Assembly: GCF_001194135.2 (NCBI RefSeq)
Contig: NC_068984.1
Span: 106,243,875 to 106,307,874, forward strand
Length of the DNA: 64,000 nucleotides
Direction of reading: 5' to 3'
Source of the DNA: Octopus bimaculoides
Lineage: Eukaryota
Part shown: in pieces, positions 37,749-51,200 of the stretch
Layout: the number at the start of each line of letters is the position of its first letter
Position numbering within the stretch: the first letter of the stretch is position 1
The notes under the pieces: generated by a model
What the model was told of the DNA's origin: nothing
Databases searched by the model: none
The model's input: only the letters and a program-made list of their open reading frames with translations
Program-made: the position numbers and the translations under genes

Positions 37749-38649
37749 CTAGAGAAAGATGAGAAAATCAGATTAGCATTTAACTTGCAATCAGTAAAAT
37801 GAAATAAGAGGTATATAGACTAAAAATCAGATCCCATAGGTACCATACATTGCCAAAAATCTGAAATAATTCAAATTATATCAGTGAAAGCAGTTGAAGA
37901 CATCTCTAGGTGGTAGCTCAATTTGCTAGAAATAGAAGCTAGATTCTCTCAAATATACCCTACTGTTTTAAAAAATAGAAATGGAACACATTCTAAAATG
38001 TAATCTTTCATTGCTTAATAACCTTTGAACATGCTTATCCTTCCTCATCATCATTATTATCATCACTGTTATTTAACGTCTGTTTTTTTATGCTGGCATG
38101 GATAGTTTGACTAGAACTGGCATGGCCAGGGTCCCCACCAGCTTCCAAAGTGTGTTTTGGCCTGGTTTCTACAGCTGGATGCCCTTCCTAACAACAACAA
38201 AAACAACCACTTTACAGTGAGTACTGAGTACTTTTTATGTAGCACCTTGGTTTTAGGATATCAATTCTGTTATGGTAGGCATGTTTACTTCTAAAATTAA
38301 AAAAAAACAGTGCAACACTCATAATCTGTGTTGGACAAACCACATTTCTCAAATTATCAAAAAAGGTCAAAGGTTTCTAGACATCGCTGTGAGACCTTTG
38401 TCAGCCACTCACTGACTATCTATTTAAAGCTATAGATAGCTATGGTATGATGTCACAGTTTGTATCTCCAATCTGAAAACATTCTCTTATTCAGAATACC
38501 AATCTACTGGAAGCTGTCAAGAGACATACAACCAGACAAATACTTGCCATCAATCACCATGTCTTAAATGTCTTGTTTCTCTAGACATCAATACACTAGT
38601 GCTTTTAATGTCTAGCAGCTGACTTTCATACAAGCCTATAAGAATTTCC

Positions 38650-39030
38650 ACCATCTTTTCAACAACTTTGATCACCTTTTTGAATTCAACATCTCTACCA
38701 CCTGAGGACACTTATAAAATCCAAAAACAGTACAGCACCCATGACTGTTGGAAACATGTTTTCATGCTCAGAATTGTTGAAGCATGGAATAAACTGTGTC
38801 AGTTGTCAACTGTCAGGACACTACACCTTTCAAAAATTTCATGCTTCCCAAAATTTGGCAACACTATTATGTGCCCTTTTCTCTTTAAGGCTTTTTTACA
38901 GTTCACTTTTCTGTGTACAATATATGTTTTTTAGCTTTCTTTATCTGATGTCTGCGGCTGCTTTCTGACCCCTCTTTTATCTTTTTCCCACAAGTTGTAG
39001 TTCTCTGAGCACTGTACACAATAAGGTTGT
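38650..39030 (+). mobile_element. CR1/L2-like LINE 3' end fragment
   Basis: WKHVFMLRIVEAWNKL resembles the F..RVV..WN.LP C-terminal motif of CR1/L2 ORF2. Confidence 0.7.
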
Positions 39031-40324
39031 TATCATCAAGGCAGTGAATTTGCAGAACCATTAGACAAAACATCTGACAATATCTCTTCTGGCTGTTTAC
39101 ATGTTGAGGTCAAATACTGCTGAGATTCAACTTTGCTTTTCATCCTTTTGGGATTGATAAAATAAAATACTAGCCAGCTACTGGAGTCAATACAATTAAC
39201 TTAGCCACTTCTCTCAGAATTGCTGGCCTTGTGCCAAAATTAGAAAGAATTATTTGTAAGATAGGTTCATTCATTCTGGGTTGATCTGGGATCTAACACA
39301 ATTTTTAAAATCTCCCTCCACATTTGAATTTCTTTAAAAAAATCATAGAAATCTATGAGATATCTCAGAAAAATTAGATGACATTGAAAAAAAAGTAATA
39401 TGGTGAAAAAAAAATTTAAAAAACAAAAAAAAAAGACTAAGAAAATTTAAATATGACTAATTTTGAATATATTTTAATTAGAGGAATAACATGAAAAGGA
39501 AGGTATAAAAGCAAAATGATTAAATACTTTTAAGATAAACATGTAAGAAAATTTGTCTACACATGTAAAGTAAGAAAACTGATATATGATATGCGAAAAA
39601 TTATTTAACAGGTGATATAACTACAGGAGAGAAAATTAAAATGTGTTGTCACATAATATGGTTGATGCTTAAATTTCAATAGAATGCTTTTGACTGGATA
39701 TATGAAGCTTCTGCCACAGGTCTTAATTCAGATTTACACATAGAAATTATTTTAAGCTTAAGAAAAAGAAACAGTTTGAATTATTTATATTTGGTATCAT
39801 GCTGAACATGGAAGCAAAGTTTATGCTCTAGGACTTTTAGTCACCTAGTGAACAGTGAAAATAGAGTTTACATACACAGATACACAAACATAGACAGGTT
39901 TTATATAATTTTGATTTATGGTACTACAGTCAAAATAAAAATATCTATCTATTGATATTCATTGACTGTGAGTGACAACTGCAATTTATTAGTGTATATA
40001 TTTCTAAAGATGTATATGTACTAGTAAAACACTTATAGGAGAAACTTAATGTCCTTTGGACAGTCTCATAAAAGTTTGTCAAGATCTTGACTTCACTATC
40101 AGTTCGAAGATGAAAGATCTAGGACACTCACTCTCCATCTCTAACCATCTCTTACTTTCCCTATACACTCTTGCAATGTTTACCCACCCTCACTACCTGT
40201 TCTCTTGTCTTCACTCACTTCATACCTTGAAACACCAGTTGTTGAAAACATGCTAAAGTGGACAATGGAGCACAATGCAGTCTTCAAACCTGTTGGATTC
40301 TGTCAATGAGCCCAACTCATGTTG

Positions 40325-40590
40325 TTGTTAGCACTCCATAGCTTACGACGCTGAGGGTTCCAGTTGATCCGATCGACGGAACAGCCTGCTCGTGAAATTA
40401 ACGTGCAAGTGGCTGAGCACTCCACACACACATGTACCCTTAACGCAGTTCTCGGGGATATTCAGCGTGACACAGTGTAACAAGGCTGACCCTTTGAATT
40501 ACAGGCACAACAGGGATGGTGGCGAACCCTGCTGTACTCTTTCACCACAACTTTCTCTCACTCTTACTTCCTGTTTCTGCTCTGATAAAG
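40325..40590. mobile_element. Family C SINE pieces in both orientations
   Basis: 40325-40510 matches 19735-19920. 40512-40580 is the reverse complement of the segment missing from the 19732 copy. Confidence 0.8.
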
Positions 40591-41255
40591 GAACTTATTT
40601 CATAGATGTTTGCAAGAGAGATACAAAGTCTCTTTACACAAATGCTTAAAAGTGGAAGGACATTGCCGATGATCACTCCTGTCCAGAAACTGGAACTAGA
40701 CTGGGGTTTAATAATTTAGCATTTAAACTGGCCATATTTAGTCCAATATTCTACCTGCTTGATGTTCAAACTGACCAGATCCAGCATTGCACTACTACCT
40801 TACTATGTTATTCAAAAAATTAGAAATTACACCATCAAAGTCTTGATTCTATGAGATAATGCATGATTAATTCAAAATAGTGTGAATAAATGTGCTACAT
40901 TTGACTGAATAATTTGAACACTAAAGACTGCTTGAGAACTAGTGTTGGTTGGTTTATATCCCTGTAACTTAGCAGTTTCACAAAAGAGATTGATAGTAAA
41001 AAGTCAATTTGTTTAACCAAAACCATTCAAAGCGGTGCCCCAGCATGGTTGCAGTCCAAAGACAGAAACAAGTAAGCAATTATATAAGAAAAAAAAAAAA
41101 ACAGATAATAATTTGCTAAATATAATTTCATAAAATGTATACTGAACTGAAATAAGTATGGAGCTGAAGTGATTAACAAAAACCTTAAAAAAAGAATAGT
41201 GCCTCAGAATAACCACAGTCCAAATGTAGAAAACTGGTTAATGATGAATAAAAGG

Positions 41256-41620
41256 CATGGCTGTGTGGTAAGAAGCTTGCTTTCCAACCACATGGTTCCA
41301 GGTTCAGTCATACTGCATGGCACCTTGGGTTAGTGTCTTCTACAATAGCCCCAGTCCAAGGATTTGGTAAATGGAAACTGAAAAGAAGCCCGTTGTATAT
41401 ATATGTATATATCTACATGTGTTTGTCCCATCTCATCACTGCTTGACAACCGGTGTTGGTGTGTTTATGTCCCTGTAACTAAGTGGTCCAGCAAAAAAGA
41501 GACCAATAGAATAAGTACTAGACTTAAAAAATAAATCCTGGGTCGATTTCTTCAACTAAAACCCATCAAGGCAGTGCTCCAGCATGGCTGCAGTCAAATG
41601 ACTGAAACAAGTAAAAGAAT
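41256..41620 (+). mobile_element. tRNA-headed SINE, family A
   Basis: Same head, middle and tail as 10256-10615. Confidence 0.88.
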
Positions 41621-43727
41621 AACAATGAAACTGAGTTTGGAAAAGGAATGCAATATTTATAGATTTTTCAGTGCTTACAGACTGAAAACATTAATGATTG
41701 GGTATAGTTCACATACTTTCTGCTCATTTAGAATTCTTTCTGAAGAGAAGAAATAGAAATTAAGAAATAAGGAATAAATAAACAGAATTTTTTTTTTTTT
41801 TGTATCGTTTTATGGATGATAAAAAGACTTCCACAGTAGAGGAATATAACTGAAATGGGGTGGACTTTTCCTTCTTTCATTTAGATTACTAATTAACTGT
41901 GAGCAATTAGTAGAATTCTTTTGATAATTTAAAAGTAATTTCAGCATGTGTTACATGCAAGCATGGCTGTAGGCACAAGTGTGGCTGTGTGATTGAGAAA
42001 TTTGCTTTTCAACCTCATCATTTTGGATTCAGTCTAACTGCATAGTACCTTGGCAGCTAAAGTCTTCAGAGTGGATTTGATAGACAGAGACTGAAAGAAA
42101 CTTGTCATATGCATGTGCATGTCATCATCATCATCATTGTCATCCAGTGTTTTAAATCCGGGTTTTTTGTCCCCATTAACGGGGATCGCTGGATCTACTT
42201 CAATGCCATAGCAACCAAGGTAGGAAGGTGCAGCCCACCCACCTTTGGGCTGGATGGTGGCCATTCTCCTTTGCTATCATTTTTGGAACTGGATTTTCTA
42301 CGGGGAGCATGCCCTTGCTTACCCCCAACTTCAGTTTCTAGACATGAGTGGTCCTGAGACCAAGGCCTCAACCTGATTTTTAAGAAATGTGGTGGAAAAC
42401 TAGCTCAGGAAGGCAGGGACACAATTCCCTTAAACCCCTTTCAGAGCCCCCTGTCCAGAGCTCCCAGAAACAGCTGTTGGATTTGTAATTCTTTTCATTC
42501 ACCCCTTAATTCTCTATATCATTTGTACTCTGTGTAAGTTGGACCTTTTTTATATGTATACAGATATACATTTTTTGTATTTCATGTATTTAATATTCTT
42601 CACAAATTGATCTGGCTAATTTGCTTATCCCTACATTTACACACATACACACACACATATATACAAACAGATAGTTACATAAAGATATATGGAGAAGTAT
42701 TAGTATCTCCTTGTTTTGACATTGTGTGACAATTGTAAACAAGTGTTACCATCATACAAGCAATCAATGTCCTTCATTTTCAATCACCTGTAGAAACATA
42801 TCCAGGGTCAATATTACCTCACTTGGAAACAGATAAGGGTTGGTGACAGGAAGGACTCTGGCTGTAAAAAACCTGCCTCAATGATTTCAGTTTGACCCAT
42901 GCAAACATGGAGAAATGAACTTTAAAACAATGATAATGGTGATACCTTAGAATTTTTCTTTTATATCTTAGGTATTATTTCAAGGCTAGAGAAAACAGGA
43001 TGTTGTGGTGTTCCTACATTTCTGCCTTAGCCATTACTGGTAGAATTGAGGGAAAGTTAAACCAATGAAGAATCAAAACTATACTGGCCATAGCCATAAC
43101 TGGCTGGGAACTTGCTTTTGTATCCTTAAGGTATTTATCAACAACATAAGTATATCGAGACATATTACTTTAAAAATAAAAATGAACAGTGAATTTTTGT
43201 AGTAAAATTTGTCATTTCGTAGCAGTACCCCAGCATGGCCAACACCCACTAATTGGAACTAGTAACAAAAGAAAAGAAAAAGAATGACATAAAAGAATAA
43301 ATTTCTATATAATAACGGTTTCAAATTTTGGCACAAGGCTATCAATTTCAGTGGGGATAAGTTTATTATATTGACCCCAATGTTCAGTTGGTACTTATTC
43401 TATTGATCCCAAAAGGATGAAAGGGAAAAGTCAATCTTGGTGGAATTTGAACTCAGAATGTAAAGACAGACAAAATGGTGCTAAGCATTTTTGCTCTGTG
43501 TGCTAATGATTCTGACAGTTCACTGCCTTGAAAATCTCTATATAATAATAGCTGAAGTAAATGTTGGTTGATTTCTCTACTTCCACTTTAGAATGGAGAG
43601 AAAGGTAAAAGAGAGACGTAGAGAGAATCAACATAAGAGGAACAGGATAACATATACTAGGTCTACTGGCAGGCAATGAGTAAAAGAATGCAACAGACAC
43701 ACAGCATGATAGAAAGAATCATAGACA

Positions 43728-44805
43728 GAGGAGTGGTTGTAAGTAGCTTGCTTACCAACCAAATGGTTCTGAGTTCATTCCCACTGCATGGCACCTTGGC
43801 CAAGTGTCTGCTACTATAGCCTCGGGCCAACCAAAGCCTTGTGAGTGGAATTGGTAGAGGGAAACTGAAAGAAGTCTGTCGCGTATATATATATATATAT
43901 ATATATNNNNNNNNNNNNNNNNNNNNNNNNNNNNNNNNNNNNNNNNNNNNNNNNNNNNNNNNNNNNNNNNNNNNNNNNNNNNNNNNNNNNNNNNNNNNNN
44001 NNNNNNNNNNNNNNNNNNNNNNNNNNNNNNNNNNNNNNNNNNNNNNNNNNNNNNNNNNNNNNNNNNNNNNNNNNNNNNNNNNNNNNNNNNNNNNNNNNNN
44101 NNNNNNNNNNNNNNNNNNNNNNNNNNNNNNNNNNNNNNNNNNNNNNNNNNNNNNNNNNNNNNNNNNNNNNNNNNNNNNNNNNNNNNNNNNNNNNNNNNNN
44201 NNNNNNNNNNNNNNNNNNNNNNNNNNNNNNNNNNNNNNNNNNNNNNNNNNNNNNNNNNNNNNNNNNNNNNNNNNNNNNNNNNNNNNNNNNNNNNNNNNNN
44301 NNNNNNNNNNNNNNNNNNNNNNNNNNNNNNNNNNNNNNNNNNNNNNNNNNNNNNNNNNNNNNNNNNNNNNNNNNNNNNNNNNNNNNNNNNNNNNNNNNNN
44401 NNNNNNNNNNNNNNNNNNNNNNNNNNNNNNNNNNNNNNNNNNNNNNNNNNNNNNNNNNNNNNNNNNNNNNNNNNNNNNNNNNNNNNNNNNNNNNNNNNNN
44501 NNNNNNNNNNNNNNNNNNNNNNNNNNNNNNNNNNNNNNNNNNNNNNNNNNNNNNNNNNNNNNNNNNNNNNNNNNNNNNNNNNNNNNNNNNNNNNNNNNNN
44601 NNNNNNNNNNNNNNNNNNNNNNNNNNNNNNNNNNNNNNNNNNNNNNNNNNNNNNNNNNNNNNNNNNNNNNNNNNNNNNNACGTAGCAGTTCGGTGAAAGA
44701 GACCGATAGAATAAGTACTAGGCTTCCAAAGAATAAGTCCTGGGGTCGATTTGCTCGACTAAAGGTGGTGCTCCAGCATGGCTGCAGTCAAATGACTGAA
44801 ACAGG
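43728..44805 (+). mobile_element. Family A SINE head and tail separated by (TA)n and an N gap
   Basis: Head at 43728-43885 and tail at 44680-44805. Confidence 0.75.
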
Positions 44806-45394
44806 AGAAAGAGAAAGAGAAAGAGAGAGGGACGAGGAGAAAGAATAGATAACACTGTAGTTACAGGAGGAGTTATACAAATGACAAACTGGTTTTATTC
44901 AATTTTAATTTTATGATAATAAATATTTTTCTTTTGAAAATTAGTATTCATTTCACCAGACATTATCATCATTAGAGACCATGCCAAATCAGACTGGAAC
45001 ATGGTGCAGTTTCCCAACTTGCCAGTTATCAGTCAAACTGTCCAACCCATGCCAGCATGGAAAACAGATGTTAGAAAAAGATGATGATGGTGGTGGTCGT
45101 CATCATCATCATCTAACGTCTTTTTTCCATGCTGGCATGAGCTAGATGGTTTGGCTAGTACTGCTAAGCCAAAGAGCTGTACCAGGCTCCTGTCTGGATT
45201 GGCTTGGTTTCTACAGCTCGATGCCCTTCCTAATGCCAGCCACTCCACAGAGTAGTGGGTGCCTTTACACTTGTCACTGGCATGGGTGCTCTTCATGTGT
45301 CACTGGCACGGATGCATTTTACATGTTCATTTTACAATAGCAAAAAGTATACTTCCAAAGTTACCCTTTCTATGATAAGTGACGTTCTAACACT

Positions 45395-45622
45395 TTAACC
45401 CTTTAGCATTCAGATAACTTTGTCAAATGTAATGCTTACTTATTCACATTGTTTCGAAATAATCATGTATTATCTTGTAAGTTTGAGATTTCAATGATGA
45501 GATTGCTTACTTCTAGAATGACATTATAGGGTAAGTGTGAGAGATTGGATTTGGTTGGTTTGAGCATAAAATGGGTAGAACATTTGGGTTAGATATAGCC
45601 TGTTTAAATGCTAAAGGGTTAA
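45395..45622 (+). mobile_element. Complete TTAA-flanked MITE
   Basis: TTAA (45395-98) ccctttagcatt...aatgctaaaggg TTAA (45619-22). Further copies at about 600, 5538, 11500, 37006 and 40715. Confidence 0.92.
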
Positions 45623-45629
45623 TATCTTA

Positions 45630-45873
45630 CAGCACCATTAGAGCGTAATCGTTACCAGCGTTGCCTTCTAGCACTTGTGCTGGTGGCACGTTAGAAAATC
45701 ATTCGAGCGAGGTCATTGCCAGTGCCGCTGGACTGGCTCCCCTGCAGGTGGCACGTTAAAAAAAACCTTTTTGAGTATGGCCGTTGCTAGTACCGTGTGA
45801 ATGGCCCTCATACCAGTGGCACGTAAAAGCACCCACTACACTCATGGAGTGGTTGGCATTAGGAAGGGCATCC
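45630..45873 (+). mobile_element. RTE 3' UTR fragment
   Basis: ggcacgtaaaagcacccactacactc repeats match 58540-58810. Cut by an N gap. Confidence 0.85.
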
Positions 45874-45973
45874 NNNNNNNNNNNNNNNNNNNNNNNNNNN
45901 NNNNNNNNNNNNNNNNNNNNNNNNNNNNNNNNNNNNNNNNNNNNNNNNNNNNNNNNNNNNNNNNNNNNNNNNN

Positions 45974-48900
45974 AGAATTCTAGGCATGCATGAAATATTG
46001 AAGGAAAGTAAAACAGAAGCAAATCGAAATATTGTCAGAAAATGACCCCCAAATTGTGCGACCCAATGTAGTTGCCGAGGTTATTTTAGTTGTAAAAAAG
46101 AGGTTTGAGCGAAAAACAGTTTATTTGGCAGATAGATAATAAGCAGCGGCTGTTTCGTCGTATTTATTCACTTTTCCTTTAAAATGAAAGATGTATGGAC
46201 GTGTGTGTGTGTGTGTGTGAGAGAGAGATAAAGAGAGAGTGAGTTCCCCCTACACATGCATGAGAACACACGTTCACTCACTCTCTCTATCTCTCTCACA
46301 CACACATGCTACGCACATGAACATACAAAAAAATGTATGCATATCTATTGATGTACGTATGTATACATGACAACAGACCTCTTCAGTCACTCTCTTTCTC
46401 CCTTCGTCTCTCTTCCTCTCTCCCACATATACACGTCCATTTCATATACATACATCTTTTACTTTAAAATATAAGTAAATAAATTTTTTAAAATGTACAG
46501 AAATTAACGAACGCAGATGGCAGCTCTCTAAGTCAAAACGAAAGATCGCCTAATTCGGAGAAACATTACTTTCATTATGCACACATCGTCAGTCTCATAA
46601 ACCAACACATTGTAATTCTAGTTCAAACTGAAAGTGTGAAACTATTTTCACTTTCTAATAAAATCTGGTTGTTGTAACTTTCAATATCAGTACGTTTCAC
46701 TGTTGGGGGGTTGGTGGGGTAAGGGGTAAAGCCACATACATATACTAAGAAAGACATAGACACAGAGAAATTCATCAACCCACACATTAAGCCTATCTCT
46801 GTCCCTGTGCGTATCTGTGTCTTTAGATGTGTGTGTGTGTGTGTGTGTGTTAGTTGTCACAAAAATGTATGTATACTGATAGATACAAACACCGTCACAC
46901 ACATATACTTGTCAGTCATCAGCCTAAAGCACGTAATGAACAAGCGAACACACTCATAAAGAAAATGTGATATGATCGTGGTAGCGGTGGCGGTAAAAGA
47001 TGTTGCCTACGATAGGTGACTAAAAGAAAAATGATAATGTTAAATTTTTGTAATGCAAATATGTGAATGAAAATACAGTTTAGTTGGTAGTCAAAAACTT
47101 ACTGAATCTTTCGATAAGCCATACGTCAAAATCAGCAAATCGGTTTTGGAATGCGTAAGGAACATACGCGCATGCATGCATGCACACACACACATACAAA
47201 CTCTTTTATATATATATACTAGCGATGCATCTCGGCATTGCCCGGGTGTTATGACCTAGAAGCACATTGTATTATTTGCTCCTTTCTTATGAGCAGAATC
47301 GGAACAGCTGATATATAGTTAATGGAATAATGGAAGTTATTTTTTATTTAATAGTGAAAGGTGAGGCTACAATTGCATGTGTTTGCATGAAAGTGCTTTC
47401 TGTTCTTAAGAAGGATCACAAACTATGTATTGTTTCATCGTATAAAACAGGGTTAATATGATTTTGTCCAGATATCACGTTCTCAAAATTTTTATTTTCC
47501 TCCTATTTTTAAAACTTTTTCAAATATTTTTTTTTTGTTCATTTTACCTATGTAGAAAAATACAGAGACTACGAATCTGAAGAATATATTTTTTATAGTT
47601 TAATTTTTCTTAAAGAAAACACAATGCCCCTTCCCCCACCTCGAACACCCATCACCTACCAGATTTCAAAATGCTAAAATCTCCCAATCTTTCACTTTTG
47701 TCTGATGTTTTCCGTAGGCGTAGAATTCTANNNNNNNNNNNNNNNNNNNNNNNNNNNNNNNNNNNNNNNNNNNNNNNNNNNNNNNNNNNNNNNNNNNNNN
47801 NNNNNNNNNNNNNNNNNNNNNNNNNNNNNNNNNNNNNNTAACCCTAACCCTAATCACAGGGTGTGCGTATTCTTTACCTTTTGCCCATAAATACATATGC
47901 ATACATCTTTTTGTGCATGAGAGAGAGAGAGAGAGAGAAAGTGAGACAAAGAATGACTGTAATTCTTCATAACATATTGAGAAATGGATGTCTTTTAATG
48001 CAATTTTTTTGGTTATGGCTTATTTTAATACAATATTTATGTGTACATTGTCATAAATGTTTGTCTGAGTAGAATTCTATGCATGCATGAAATATCAGAT
48101 GAAAATGAAATATTAGAAGCAAATCGCAATATTGTTGGAAAATGACCTCAAAATTGTGCGACCCAAAGTAGTTGCCGAGGTTATTTTAGTTGCAAAAAAG
48201 AGATGTTGAGTGAAAAACAAAGCTTATTTGGTAGATAGATAAGCAGCAGCTGTTTCGTTGCATTTATTTACTTTTGTTTTAAAGTGAAAGAGAGGAAAAA
48301 ATGAAAGATGTATGAACATGTATATGAAATGGACATGTGTGTGTGTATGTGAGAGAGAGATAGAGGGAGAGTGAGTGCCACGTACTCATGCATGAGAACA
48401 CACGTTCACTCACTTTCTCTCTCTCTCTCACACACATTTACACGAAAATACAAAAAAGATGTATACATATCTATTGACATATGTACGTGTACATAACATA
48501 TCTCTTCAGTCACTTTCTTTCTCCCTTCGTCTCGCATTCTCTATCACACATACACGTCCATTTCATATACATACGTCTTTCCCTTTGTCTTCCACTTTAA
48601 AATAAAAGTAAATAAATAAAGCATTTTTATGGAAATTAACGAACGCAGATGACAGCTCTCCAAGTCAAACGAAAGTGGCCTAAGCAACTTACTTTATTAT
48701 AATACAGATGTGACTAATTCAGAGAAACATTACTTTCACTATGCACACATCGTTAGTCTTGTAATCCAACACTTTGTAATTTTAGTTCAAATTCAAAGTG
48801 TGAAACTATTTCTACTTTCTAATGAAACCTGGTTGTTGTAACTTTCAATATCAGCATGTTTCACTGTTTAGTGAAACATGCTGATATACTAAGCCACACA

Positions 48901-50820
48901 CACACACACAGAGAAATACATCAACACACACCTCAAGCTTATCTCTGTCCCTGTGTATGTCTGTGTCTTTAGATGTGTGTGTTAGTCGTCACAAAAATGT
49001 ATGTATACTGACAGATACAAACACTGCCACACATATATTTTTCAGTCATCAGCCCAACGTACGTAACGAACACACGAGCACGCTGATATAGAAAATGTGA
49101 TGTCATCGTCGTTGTGTTGGTGGTGGTGGTGGTAAAAGATGTCGTTTATGATAGGTGACTAAAAGAAAGCAAATATGTGAATGAAAATATAGTTTAGTAG
49201 GTAGCCAAAAGCTTACTGAATATTTTGATACTTCCATACGTCAAAATCAGCAACTCAGTTTTGGAATGCATAAGGAACACACACACACACACACAAACTC
49301 TCAATATATTTATATACTAGTGATGTATCCCAGCGATGCCCGGGTGTTATGACCTAGAAGCACATGAAATAATGGAAGTTACTGTTTGTTTAATAGTGAA
49401 GGGCGAAGGTACAATTGGCATGAGTTTGCGTGAAAGTGCTTTCTATTCTTAAGAAGGATCACAAATTATGTATTGTTTCATCGTATAAAAGTGGGTTAAT
49501 ATGCTTTTGTTCAGATATCACGTTTTCAAAATTTTAATTTCCCTACCATTTTCACCGCAATTTCTTAATTTGTAACATTTACAATTTTTTTTTTTTTTAC
49601 GAATCTGAGAAATACATATATTTTTTATAGATTAAATTTCTTTAAAGAAACACTCAATGCCCCTTCCCCCACCACACCCACCCATCACTTACCCACTTTC
49701 AAAAAGTTAAAATCTCCCAATCTTTCTTTTTCTCTGTTTCCCGCAGGTGTAGAATTCTACAGAAATAGCAAACTTTAAAAATACCAGACCACCACCAGAA
49801 AACCCAACATGCTAGAAACAACACATAAACGACATTAATTCAGAAGAAACTTCCTCACTTTCCAAAAAGCTAAAAATAAAACATTGGGAGTGTGTAGCCT
49901 TTTGAAAGTAGTGAGGTAATGGATAAAATTCTTAAAGATTCGTACTCTCTGATTTTTCTCCATGGATTACTAAGAATAAAAATTTGAAAAAAGTACAAAA
50001 TGAATTTGGTGTGGTGAGGGAAAAAATTAAAATATTGAGAACGTGTTTTCTGGTTGAAATCCTAATCTCCTGTATTGCAAACATAGGAATTGGAAGAAAT
50101 TTAGGTAAAAAACAGGATGGGGGAGTGCGCACGGAAATGTCGCATCGAACATGCTAGAAAGAAGAGATAAAGGACAGGATTTCTGGGAAAATACACTTCT
50201 AAGTTTATATCGAAGATCAGGATTTTAAATACGCTCATCACAAATGCAAATTACACAATAAGAAAAGATCATTTCAATTGGACTTAAGCTGTAAATTTAC
50301 ATATGCATACTGCAAGAAATAACATAATGCATACAAAAGTTTTACCTAACATGTGTGTTTGTGTGTATGTGTCAAAGGAAGTAATTTTATGGCATTCTTT
50401 CGTTTGAAGAAGCAAAGTTGTCAACCTGACATATATGGGATCATATGATTATTCGTTGATTTCAGTAAAAACTTTTTGATTTCTTTATGCTTTGAAGAGA
50501 GGATAAAGTGAAAAGGTGATATTTGCTTTGAAGTGAGAAGAGAAAGTAAAAGAGGGGAGAAAGTGAAATATGTACGTGTATATGAAATGGACGTGTGTGT
50601 GTGTGGGGGGGGGCGTGAGTGAAGGTGAGTGTTGTGATGTATGAATTTTTTTGCATGTATAAGTAGCACTCACTCACTCTCTCTCACACACACACAAATT
50701 TTTTATATACACATACATGACCCATCTTCAGTGTAACCCTAACCCTAAACACCGAGAGTGCGTATTCATGACCTTCACCCATAAATACATATACATACAT
50801 CTTTTTGTACGTGAGCAAGT
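45974..50820 (-). mobile_element. Head-to-tail array of non-autonomous Helitron-like units
   Basis: 45974-47730 is duplicated at 48069-49759. The minus strand shows a GC-rich hairpin (acccgggca...gggat) plus CTAG at about 47219 and 49317, each followed by TATATA..AAAAGAG-like sequence resembling a Helitron 5' start. Confidence 0.7.
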
Positions 50821-50825
50821 GCCTT

Positions 50826-50995
50826 CTTCGATAGCCATTCACTTTGTGAATGAATTTGATAGGACTTATTCTTTGGATGCCTAGTACTTATTCTATCGGT
50901 CTCTTTTGCCGAACCGCTAAGTTACGAGGACGTAAACACACCACCATCGGTTGTCAAGCGATGTTGGGGGGACAAACACAGACACACAAACATAT

Positions 50996-51040
<45 letters not shown>

Positions 51041-51200
51041 TACGACGGACTTCTTTCAGTTTCCGTCTACCAAATCCACTCACAAGGCTTTGGTCGGCCC
51101 AAGGCTATAGTAGAAGACACTTGCCCAAGGTGCCACGCAGTGGGAATGAACCCGGAACCATGTGGTTGGTAGGCAAGCTACTTACCACACAGCCACTCCT
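50826..51200 (-). mobile_element. Family A SINE, minus strand
   Basis: Ends cttaccacacagccactcc, the reverse of the head. Contains an internal (TA)n tract. Confidence 0.88.

Noticed and set aside
38975-39000. Minus-strand NLWEK resembling FOCAD LLWEK
   Set aside because: It lies in a CR1/L2 3' end and stops soon after. The real exon is 37594-37748.
42972-43130. Plus-strand exon-like segment
   Set aside because: All three frames contain stops and the donor is weak.
9264-47902. Long ORFs in the track made mostly of X
   Set aside because: They only span N gaps (about 9547, 13094, 18233, 26954, 32161, 35534, 43907, 45874 and 47731) and carry no coding evidence.
47839-50748. (TAACCC)n as a telomere or telomere fusion
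   Set aside because: Only 2-3 units, embedded at equivalent positions of a repeated Helitron-like unit.
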